Notes under the pieces: model-generated
Database searches by the model: none
The model's input: only the letters and a program-made list of their open reading frames with translations
What the model was told of the DNA's origin: nothing
In this document: positions 15,837-22,456 of the stretch, piece by piece
Layout: every line of letters begins with the position of its first letter
Numbering within the stretch: the stretch's first letter is position 1
Assembly: GCA_028280145.1 (NCBI GenBank)
Contig: JANQMM010000059.1
Span: 645 to 24,644 of the forward strand
Length of the DNA: 24,000 nt
Source of the DNA: Minisyncoccota bacterium
Lineage (GTDB): Bacteria > Patescibacteriota > Minisyncoccia > Phycocordibacterales > JACZSL01
Direction of reading: 5' to 3'
Made by a program: the position numbers and the translations under genes

Positions 15837-15900
15837 TTAACGAATGAGGGACTTGCGACGAAATGAGTTTAGAACTGGCGCCAAGTCCCTCATCGCCCAC
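15837..15900 (+). repeat. Right 64 bp direct repeat (att-like)
   Basis: It is identical to 12630-12693. The flanking bases differ on both sides (t vs c upstream, aaaacc vs cgcacc downstream). Confidence 0.9.
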
Positions 15901-15913
15901 CGCACCTCTCTTC

Positions 15914-15922
15914 TGCTATACT
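15914..15922 (+). promoter_or_regulatory. Extended -10 (TGcTATACT) 6 nt upstream of the Nudix ATG
   Basis: The sequence is tgctatact-tcatat-ATG, with the ATG at 15929. It starts 14 nt after the right direct repeat. Confidence 0.45.
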
Positions 15923-15928
15923 TCATAT

Positions 15929-16405
15929 ATGCGAAAGGTAACATTGTGTTTTCTTGTAGACAAAGATAACGTCTGTCTTGCCATGAAGAAAAGAGGTTTC
16001 GGCAAGGGCAAATGGAATGGTGCCGGCGGAAAAGTTGATGAGAATGAAACAATAGAAACAGCCGCGATACGTGAACTCGAAGAAGAGATAGGTGTAAAAG
16101 TGGCACCTTCAGATCTAAATGAAGTTGGTGACCTTGCATTTGCATTTGAAAACAAACCGGAATGGAGCCAACACATGTACATTTTCCTTATAGAAAAGTG
16201 GCAGGGAGAGCCAACAGAAACAGAAGAAATGCGACCTAAATGGTTTTCGAAAGACAATTTGCCATTCGATAAAATGTGGGTTGACGACCCGCTCTGGCTC
16301 CCAAGAGTTTTGGATGGAGAAAAAATTTCCGGCGCATTCACGTTTTCGAGCGATGGATCAAAAATACGAAAACATATAGTCAATAAACAAACAAAAACGC
16401 CTTAG
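15929..16405 (+). CDS. Nudix hydrolase (MutT/8-oxo-dGTPase-like)
   Basis: It has the Nudix box GGKVDENETIETAAIRELEEEIGV (G-x5-E-x7-REuxEExGu). The track start at 15863 lies inside the repeat; ATG 15929 (MRKVTLCF..) is preferred. Confidence 0.8.
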   Translation: MRKVTLCFLVDKDNVCLAMKKRGFGKGKWNGAGGKVDENETIETAAIRELEEEIGVKVAPSDLNEVGDLAFAFENKPEWSQHMYIFLIEKWQGEPTETEEMRPKWFSKDNLPFDKMWVDDPLWLPRVLDGEKISGAFTFSSDGSKIRKHIVNKQTKTP

Positions 16406-16418
16406 TGGCGTTTTTGTT
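16393..16418. terminator. Bidirectional rho-independent terminator
   Basis: The stem aaaaacgcc-ttagt-ggcgttttt overlaps the Nudix stop codon. Confidence 0.75.
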
Positions 16419-16425
16419 ATTGCTG

Positions 16426-16497
16426 TACCCCCGAGAGGAATCGAACCCCTATCAAGAGCTTAGAAGTCTCCAGTTTTATCCATTAAACTACGGGGGC
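16426..16497 (-). tRNA. tRNA-Arg (anticodon UCU)
   Basis: The minus strand reads gcccccg-ta-gttt-aatggata-aaac-t-ggaga-ctTCTaa-gctct-tgat-agggg-ttcgatt-cctct-cgggggt-a. It has a G1-U72 wobble and an A31-G39 mismatch. CCA is not encoded. Confidence 0.8.
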
Positions 16498-16546
16498 TAT
16501 ATACAAAATTATATGCCAATCTACCACCTGAAAGAAAATAGAGGCT

Positions 16547-16613
16547 GGAGACTTCTTCGTCTCCCGGTTCGATAACCTCCCAGGTTATCTCACTCCATTA
16601 AACTACGGGGGCT
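16547..16613 (-). pseudogene. tRNA-like fragment sharing the first 19 nt of tRNA-Arg; does not fold as a cloverleaf
   Basis: tccattaaactacgggggct at 16594-16613 is identical to 16479-16498. It is followed on the minus strand by two hairpins (gataacc-tggga-ggttatc and ggagac-gaagaa-gtctcc). There is no T-loop and no 3' acceptor strand. Confidence 0.3.
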
Positions 16614-16655
16614 TAGGGTATGAGGATAATAACAGTGGCAAAGCGTACCGGTCAA

Positions 16656-16961
16656 CTATAACCGAGGTGCGTCCGGCACTTCACCTTGATATTGCAAATA
16701 GCGTTCTTCTTTTTCGTTGTAATGATCAAGTGTTTTTTGCAAGAGCTCCTGATCAAGAACATCCGGATTTGCGATCGGATCAACAACGACTTCCTCAGTT
16801 TCGTTTATCTTGAAGAAAATAAGACCACTCACCACCACGGCAACAACCACAAAAAACATAAAAACGATGAGTGCCAACGCCCAGTCGTGATGAACATGAC
16901 CATCTTTCTTAAGAATGATCTTTTTTCTCTTTTTGCCTTTCTTGAAAAACTTACTGAGCAT
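16656..16961 (-). CDS. Small single-pass membrane protein, last gene of the pil cluster
   Basis: It has a basic N-terminus, one TM helix (LALIVFMFFVVVAVVVSGLIFF) and a 3 nt gap from the upstream gene. Confidence 0.5.
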   Translation of the reverse strand: MLSKFFKKGKKRKKIILKKDGHVHHDWALALIVFMFFVVVAVVVSGLIFFKINETEEVVVDPIANPDVLDQELLQKTLDHYNEKEERYLQYQGEVPDAPRL

Positions 16962-16964
16962 ATA

Positions 16965-17501
16965 CTATTTCTCTAATTGAAGTGTCTTAAAGAACACATT
17001 CCCCCGCCAAGTTTCTTCTCCTTCTTCATTTTCGCTTAATTCATTAAATGTTAATCGTTCAACGACCATTTTGACCGGTATGCTTTCAAGGAGTATGAGG
17101 AAGTGGTGGACTTCTGCCCAAGACCCGACAAAATCGACATTCAATTCAAGCTCCTTCACATCTTCCGTATCAGTATTATTCTCATTAATGGAGCGCACGT
17201 TGATCTCTACGCCCGCATTATCACCAAGCGATTCTATTGTCTCAAGAAATTCAATGATCCTATCACTATCCACAAAAAAACTTGAGATACGTTCACGACC
17301 TTCTTCGGTGTCACGAACCATGGCGATCAGGTTGTGCATTTGATTGTTTTGCTTTTTGAGTTGCTCTATCTGAACTGCGATCTCTACAGTGTTTGTTTCT
17401 TTGTTGTTGATATAGAAATAAAAAGAAGCATACACCGCAATGGCGATAACCAAATAGAGTGTATAGACCATAAGGAATGTTCGCGTCTTTGATGAATGCA
17501 T
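16965..17501 (-). CDS. pilO: PilO-like type IV pilus assembly protein
   Basis: It has an N-terminal TM helix, then a coiled coil, then an alpha/beta domain. Its position after pilM-pilN supports the call, which rests on architecture and synteny. Confidence 0.5.
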   Translation of the reverse strand: MHSSKTRTFLMVYTLYLVIAIAVYASFYFYINNKETNTVEIAVQIEQLKKQNNQMHNLIAMVRDTEEGRERISSFFVDSDRIIEFLETIESLGDNAGVEINVRSINENNTDTEDVKELELNVDFVGSWAEVHHFLILLESIPVKMVVERLTFNELSENEEGEETWRGNVFFKTLQLEK

Positions 17502-17503
17502 GG

Positions 17504-18043
17504 TTAAAACGCCCCTTTTATCTGAATGCTAAACTGAATATCTTCTTCTTTGGCCAAACTTGAAACAGGTAGTTCAATCTCTTCAAAAAGTGTATCGGTC
17601 TCAAGAGCGCGTTTAAAGTCAAGTAGCGCATCGCGCGTTGCCGCAACTCCTCCCACAGAAAGCAATGAGTTTCCTTGATTCCCACGGGAATAAGAAATGT
17701 TCGTGATACTCACTTCGTCTTGTTTGTGTGAGGACATGGTGTCGATCAGTGCAAAAACCGGCTCTTTGTCTTCTGTTCTGGTCAGATTTATAAGACGTTC
17801 TTTTGTCTCACGAAGTTGTGTGTTGATCGCTTCACGCTCAACGCTCTCCGATGAACTCTCTAGAATTGCAAGCTCCTGCTCGGCCACCCGTTCTTGTGTT
17901 GAGGCAAAAAAGTATGAGGGGAGCAAAAGCACAACACCGATAAAGATCGCAATGGAAATGAGAAGAATGTAAGCGGAGGCAAGTCGAAATTTATATTCTC
18001 GCTCAACTGAAGTTCGGTGTTCTGGTGGCAATAAATTGATCAT
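17504..18043 (-). CDS. pilN: PilN-like type IV pilus assembly protein
   Basis: MINLLPPEHR followed by a TM helix is the PilN N-terminal signature. ATG 18043 is preferred over the track start at 18127, which would overlap pilM. Confidence 0.7.
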   Translation of the reverse strand: MINLLPPEHRTSVEREYKFRLASAYILLISIAIFIGVVLLLPSYFFASTQERVAEQELAILESSSESVEREAINTQLRETKERLINLTRTEDKEPVFALIDTMSSHKQDEVSITNISYSRGNQGNSLLSVGGVAATRDALLDFKRALETDTLFEEIELPVSSLAKEEDIQFSIQIKGAF

Positions 18044-18044
18044 G

Positions 18045-19151
18045 TTACTCGGTTCCTTTAAGCGCAAGTCCGATTGTTGTTGCAAATGCAAGTGAGTGTG
18101 GTTGTTCGATGTCCGGAATAACGTCATTTAGAGAAAAGGTATTTGCCCACACATTTGCAACATCAACAACTACGTTCATATTTGATGCAATGTACTCAGA
18201 AAGCCCGGCGAGATTGGCACTTCCCCCACAGAGTATGATCTTGTCGATCTTCTGGTGTTGTCGTTCATTTTCCCCTTGGTGTGTATTCCAATAGGTGTAG
18301 TGTCGGCTGATCTCGTCGCGAAGAATTGAAACAGTCGTTACAAGCGTTTCAAGGAGTTCTGTGTTCTCTTTGTAACGCGCAAAGCCTTTTTCATTCTTGA
18401 TCTCATCAGCTTCTTCTTTTGTCACTCCGAAATGTTTCTGCACTGCACGTGTGAGTATGTTCCCTCCAACGGCAACAGTGGAAGTAAATCGTAGTACCTC
18501 CTCGCTAACAATGGCTATTCCGGTGCGCATTTTTCCAAAATCAACGATCATGTAGGTACCGCTGTGATTGTTGGGGATGACGGCACGGGCAAGTGATTGA
18601 GCCTCGATCTCAAAGGAAAGCGGTTGGAGTCCTGCGGCACGAAACGCTTCTACGTAATGGGCAACAATCTCGTATGGAAAGGCTGTTATGTTAAGTGTGA
18701 TCTCAGAAGCATTTGAGTCGTGCACTTGTTCGTAGTCAAATACCAGATCACGTGAAGAAATGGGTACGTTTTCTTCCAACTTAAACTCTAAGAGGGTCTG
18801 GAGTTGCTCTGTGCTGATGGGTTCGTTTGGAATCGTTGTTTGGAACAGATAGGCTTGCTCTTCGGGAAGAGAACCATTTACATACGTAATACCGTGTTCT
18901 TTTCGAAGTTGAGAGAGAACTTCTGCGAGCTTTTCGGGGTTCTCAATTTTTCCGGCGCTGATGATGCCTGAATCAATCGGGTATGAGCCACGATTCTTTA
19001 TCATCTTTCCATGTTTCCCTTCCTGCAAAGACAAAAAACGTACTGAATTATCAGTAATATCCACCCCGGTTGCAGGCATGGTCAAAAACTGTGGAGGTGG
19101 AAACATTTTCAACAGTCCCTCACCAAAAAAACGTCCCGTTTTAACTCTCAT
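18045..19151 (-). CDS. pilM: PilM, actin-like ATPase of type IV pilus assembly
   Basis: ..TGVDITDNSVRFLSL.., ..YMIVDFGKMRTGIAI.. and ..ILCGGSANLAGL.. are typical of the PilM/FtsA-like fold. The alternative start ATG 19106 is preceded by GGTGAGGG. Confidence 0.8.
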   Translation of the reverse strand: MRVKTGRFFGEGLLKMFPPPQFLTMPATGVDITDNSVRFLSLQEGKHGKMIKNRGSYPIDSGIISAGKIENPEKLAEVLSQLRKEHGITYVNGSLPEEQAYLFQTTIPNEPISTEQLQTLLEFKLEENVPISSRDLVFDYEQVHDSNASEITLNITAFPYEIVAHYVEAFRAAGLQPLSFEIEAQSLARAVIPNNHSGTYMIVDFGKMRTGIAIVSEEVLRFTSTVAVGGNILTRAVQKHFGVTKEEADEIKNEKGFARYKENTELLETLVTTVSILRDEISRHYTYWNTHQGENERQHQKIDKIILCGGSANLAGLSEYIASNMNVVVDVANVWANTFSLNDVIPDIEQPHSLAFATTIGLALKGTE

Positions 19152-19263
19152 GTTGTTACCACTATTATACCTTAGCGGTTCGAAATGCGGAGCGTTCTCT
19201 GTAGAGAATCAAGAAAAAACAGAGAGGGCAAACACACGAGTGGATGTGTTATGAGTCGAGGTG

Positions 19264-19593
19264 TTAGGTGACCAATGTTCCTGCTGGGATCGCGTCATTC
19301 GGTTCAAGAAGAGAAAAATGTCCGTCATCATCACTGACTGCAAAGAGCATTCCCTTGCTTTCAAGTCCGAAGATCGTTCTGGGCTCCAAGTTTGTTACAA
19401 AGGTACATTTTCGCCCTGCAAGTTCTTGAATATCATCAAAAAAAGGTGCGATTCCGGAAATGATCTGTCGTGGCTCTTTTTCTCCAAGATCAACTGCAAG
19501 CTTAAGTAGCTTATCAGCTTCCTCTACCCGCTCAACGGAGATGATCTTTCCAATTTTTATCTCCACTTTTTTAAAATCTTCGTAGGTGATCAT
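19264..19593 (-). CDS. tRNA-binding domain protein (CsaA/Trbp111/EMAP-like OB fold)
   Basis: The 109 aa protein has ..FKKVEIKIGKIISVERVEEADKLLKLAVDLGE..RQIISGIA.., matching the MetRS C-terminal-like tRNA-binding domain. Confidence 0.8.
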   Translation of the reverse strand: MITYEDFKKVEIKIGKIISVERVEEADKLLKLAVDLGEKEPRQIISGIAPFFDDIQELAGRKCTFVTNLEPRTIFGLESKGMLFAVSDDDGHFSLLEPNDAIPAGTLVT

Positions 19594-19643
19594 ATAGTAA
19601 TGTTTTAATAATTGATATTTGGTGCCTGATAATTTATTCTTTG

Positions 19644-20030
19644 TTATTTCTTGTTCTTCAACTTGTCCAGATAACTTTGCAAAATGATCGTTGCCGCACT
19701 CGCATCACTCTTTGGCAACTCCTCCTGACCACGCATTGCCGCCTGAGAGGTATATAATTCGCTTTCATAATGGACTGGAATGCCGTGCTCTTCAAGTTTT
19801 TCTTTAAATGTTGCGATTCTTTTCATTATTGGATTGTCAGCTCCGTAAAAATCCTTTGACTCGCCGAGCACTACCGAACCTATCCGTTCATTATGGATTA
19901 TCCGCAAAATGTCCTCAACAAGATAGTTTGTATTAATGAGCGTGTCCTTTGGAAAGGCCATGATCCCCTCTTCATCTGAGATAGCAACACCGACATTTTT
20001 GCTTCCGTAATCAATTCCCAAAAATTTCAT
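19644..20030 (-). CDS. ruvX: YqgF/RuvX putative pre-16S rRNA nuclease / Holliday junction resolvase-like
   Basis: It starts MKFLGIDYGSKNVGVAISD... The track start at 20084 would abut tRNA-Ser, so ATG 20030 is preferred. Confidence 0.8.
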   Translation of the reverse strand: MKFLGIDYGSKNVGVAISDEEGIMAFPKDTLINTNYLVEDILRIIHNERIGSVVLGESKDFYGADNPIMKRIATFKEKLEEHGIPVHYESELYTSQAAMRGQEELPKSDASAATIILQSYLDKLKNKK

Positions 20031-20084
20031 ACGGTAAGCATAGCATAATTTACTTTTGGAGATCATTTTGCTAGCATTCATCAC

Positions 20085-20174
20085 GGTGGGTTGGCTGAGT
20101 GGTCGAAGGCGGCGGTCTTGAAAACCGTTGAGGGTTTACGCTCTCCGTGGGTTCGAATCCCACACCCACCGCCA
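20085..20174 (+). tRNA. tRNA-Ser (anticodon UGA), type II, CCA encoded
   Basis: Fold: acceptor ggtgggt/acccacc, anticodon loop ctTGAaa, long variable arm, T arm gtggg-ttcgaat-cccac, discriminator g, then cca. Confidence 0.9.
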
Positions 20175-20176
20175 GT

Positions 20177-20224
20177 TAGAGCTAGCTCTACGTACGTCAA
20201 ATCAGACGTACGTAGGACGCTCTA
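20177..20224. repeat. 48 bp nested palindrome directly after tRNA-Ser
   Basis: The outer arms are tagagc/gctcta (20177-20182 / 20219-20224). The inner arms are a perfect 11 bp repeat, ctacgtacgtc/gacgtacgtag (20188-20198 / 20205-20215), with spacer aaatca. Confidence 0.8.
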
Positions 20225-20234
20225 GATACATAGG

Positions 20235-20240
20235 TATAAT
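20235..20240 (+). promoter_or_regulatory. -10 box TATAAT 6 nt upstream of ATG 20247 (leaderless type)
   Basis: The sequence is tataat-gagact-ATG. Confidence 0.45.
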
Positions 20241-20246
20241 GAGACT

Positions 20247-20702
20247 ATGTCAGATCGCAAAAAACCAAAAACAATATCAGAGGATTTTGTAAAGAATGCG
20301 ATCATTAAATATTTGTCTCGAAATGAATGGGGCACCAACTTACAATTTGGTGGTCTTCGTGAACGTGGTGTAGATATAAAAGTACGACACAACCGTTACT
20401 CCCGATACTTCTTGATTGAATGCAAGGGACAAGGTATTGGCCGTGGTTCCAATGAAGTTGCCTTTGTCTATTCTCTCGGACAAATTATTTCTCGCATGAA
20501 CACCAGTGGTAAAACACGGTATTACTACGGTTTAGGACTTCCAGAAAAAGCGGCAAAGATTGCACTACGACGACTACCATGGCAAGTTGCGAAGAAGCTG
20601 TTACTTTATGTCTTCTCAGTGACCAGTAGTGGAACGGTTACCCAATACTCATGGCAAGATTTGAGAAAGAAACAAGAAGCCTCTAAGAAAAAGAAGAAAT
20701 AG
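20247..20702 (+). CDS. Small PD-(D/E)xK nuclease-fold-like protein
   Basis: ..RGVDIKVRHNRYSRYFLIECKGQG.. gives D43...E58-x-K60 in the D-(x)n-E-x-K arrangement of restriction-endonuclease-like folds. It has a lysine-rich tail. The call is motif-level only. Confidence 0.4.
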   Translation: MSDRKKPKTISEDFVKNAIIKYLSRNEWGTNLQFGGLRERGVDIKVRHNRYSRYFLIECKGQGIGRGSNEVAFVYSLGQIISRMNTSGKTRYYYGLGLPEKAAKIALRRLPWQVAKKLLLYVFSVTSSGTVTQYSWQDLRKKQEASKKKKK

Positions 20703-20769
20703 GTACTCTTTACGGTTACCAACAGTACCTGTCTCTAACTATAGCTATATCTCTGTCATTCATTACCTC

Positions 20770-21075
20770 ATGGATGACATTGAGAAAGTTATACAACAAG
20801 CAAGGAACATTCAGTTTTCTGAAAAGCATGAGCATCTTTATGCGAACAGACTCTCTGATCTACCTGCATCAAAAGACGCGATGAAACAGTCACTCAAGGG
20901 GCGTATACGACTACTTTGCGGCGCATACATATCACTTGCAAGCTATGTACATGATGAAGATTTTAAATTACTGATTACAGGAAGTCAGAGACAGAAGAGA
21001 AAAGTATACAAGCGAGTACTAAAAGAGGTTGAGCGAAACAGAGAGGAGATAAAAGTGTTTGATCCTTTAGATTAA
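20770..21075 (+). CDS. Hypothetical 101 aa basic protein
   Basis: It is an ORF only, and it overlaps the convergent recombinase 3' end by 9 nt. No domain was recognised. Confidence 0.35.
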   Translation: MDDIEKVIQQARNIQFSEKHEHLYANRLSDLPASKDAMKQSLKGRIRLLCGAYISLASYVHDEDFKLLITGSQRQKRKVYKRVLKEVERNREEIKVFDPLD

Positions 21076-22344
21076 GGAAATCTTTTTATTCTTTAGCACA
21101 ATAGTATTTTTGAAACATGTGAGCAGTTCTCGTTTTTCTTCAATCTCTCCTTCTTTCAGAATGAATTGTGCGTAATTTCGTATATCAATATCTTCGACAC
21201 TGACTTTGTAATCTGTACCACTTACTGCCCGTTGAAACTTTTTGAATCGTTTTACTTCTGCCTTTATTTTATCCTGCATTGGCATGTCTTTAAGATTTAT
21301 TTCAGCAAAATGTTCTTGTAGCTGTTCCACAAGGCTCACCTCATTGAGGTAACCACACTTACAATTTTTATCCCGCGCCTTTGTACAGCCGTAGTACACA
21401 TGCCGATTAAAACCACCGTTTTTAAGTCTTTTGAACTTCTCATCTGCACTAATACCAGATCCACATAGTCCACATTTCATGAGCCGAGTGAATGCAAACT
21501 CCTTACCTTCGTTTCGAATGGAATTACTCTTTACCTGCGCTTGGACTGCATCAAATAACTCCTTTGTAATAATTGGAACATGTTTACCGTCATACCAATT
21601 ACCACTATTTTTAGGATACTCAAATCGTCCGTAGTAAAAGTGATTACTTAATATCACGTAAATATTTCCAAGACTTAGATGCTTCTTTCCTGTTGCTGTT
21701 CTGTAATTCAAATCAAACTTAAGCCAATGATAGAGTTTTCGTCCTGACCACTTTTCGTAAGCAACTTTCTCAAACATTTGTTTAATAACTGGTGCGCGTT
21801 CAGGGTCTACACGAACCTGACACTTTCTATCGGCTCTTTTTTCATTCAAATACCCTGTTGGAGCAACACCGGGTTTCAGTCCCATTTCACATCGTGTACG
21901 TAACCCTCGTTTTACGTTGATACTTTTGTTATCGTTCTCTAACTTTGCCTGACTACAGAGAATCATGAGAAGAAACTTTTCACTTGGTGAGTTTGTAAAC
22001 GTTTGTCCATATGTTCTAATCTCAATTAGGTGTTTTTCATCCATGAGATCAACAATTGATCCGAGGTCACCAGCGTTTCGACTTAAACGATCAGGTGCCC
22101 ACGTAAGAATGCCATTGAACTTATCGTTACGTATATCTTCGAGTAGTTCTTGAAACACGGGTCGTTGGCCTGAATCTTTTGCAGAGTGTGCTTCTCGTCG
22201 TATGTCTACGACATCGAGATTTTCTTTCTCCGCGATCGCAAGCATTTCTTTTACTTGCGACTCAATTGAGAGCTGTTGTTGTTCGTCTGATTCAGTTGAT
22301 TTGCGAGAATACAGACAGTACTTCAATTTGATATCGATATCCAT
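21067..22344 (-). CDS. Large serine recombinase (resolvase domain + recombinase domain + zinc ribbon)
   Basis: It has the N-terminal catalytic motif CLYSRKSTESDEQQQLSIESQ (Ser16), ..WAPDRLSRN.., and the zinc ribbon CGLCGSGIS...YYGCTKARDKNCKCG. Confidence 0.85.
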   Translation of the reverse strand: MDIDIKLKYCLYSRKSTESDEQQQLSIESQVKEMLAIAEKENLDVVDIRREAHSAKDSGQRPVFQELLEDIRNDKFNGILTWAPDRLSRNAGDLGSIVDLMDEKHLIEIRTYGQTFTNSPSEKFLLMILCSQAKLENDNKSINVKRGLRTRCEMGLKPGVAPTGYLNEKRADRKCQVRVDPERAPVIKQMFEKVAYEKWSGRKLYHWLKFDLNYRTATGKKHLSLGNIYVILSNHFYYGRFEYPKNSGNWYDGKHVPIITKELFDAVQAQVKSNSIRNEGKEFAFTRLMKCGLCGSGISADEKFKRLKNGGFNRHVYYGCTKARDKNCKCGYLNEVSLVEQLQEHFAEINLKDMPMQDKIKAEVKRFKKFQRAVSGTDYKVSVEDIDIRNYAQFILKEGEIEEKRELLTCFKNTIVLKNKKISLI

Positions 22345-22421
22345 ATGTAATTAATGCCAGAGCACTTAGAGCTTGCTAAGCCTATGCAGAACAATGGATT
22401 CGTCGCCTACTCGCACAAGTC

Positions 22422-22450
22422 TTAGCAAAGGTAGTGGTTTGCGATACAAT
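22422..22450 (+). promoter_or_regulatory. Sigma70-like promoter TTAGCA-17-TACAAT for the candidate small RNA
   Basis: The -35 is at 22422-22427 and the -10 at 22445-22450, with a spacer of exactly 17 nt. It points the opposite way to both flanking genes. Confidence 0.4.
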
Positions 22451-22456
22451 GGTCAG

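Larger units (their letters stand above)
12630..15900. mobile_element. About 3.3 kb degraded integrative island bounded by perfect 64 bp direct repeats
   Basis: It has identical 64-mers at both ends, a recombinase C-terminal fragment with an in-frame stop beside the left repeat, and a two-gene cargo. It is inserted between tRNA-Leu and the Nudix promoter. Confidence 0.55.

Noticed and set aside
12556-15900. ORFs 12556..12831 (-) and 15658..15900 (-) sharing the peptide GDEGLGASSKLISSQVPHSL, which at first looks like a duplicated protein
   Set aside because: The shared peptide is only the translation of the 64 bp DNA repeat. One ORF runs through the tRNA-Leu 3' end and its terminator hairpin, and the other crosses the non-coding spacer. 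Neither has start signals.
12630-15900. The 64 bp repeat pair as the TR/VR pair of the DGR
   Set aside because: The two copies are 100 percent identical, with no adenine-specific mismatches. They lie outside any credible ORF, they are tRNA-derived, and they are 7-10 kb from the RT.
16547-16613. A functional tRNA-Pro(GGG) upstream of tRNA-Arg
   Set aside because: The anticodon-like hairpin is perfect, but no D-stem closure, T-loop or 3' acceptor strand can be found. It is reported only as a fragment.
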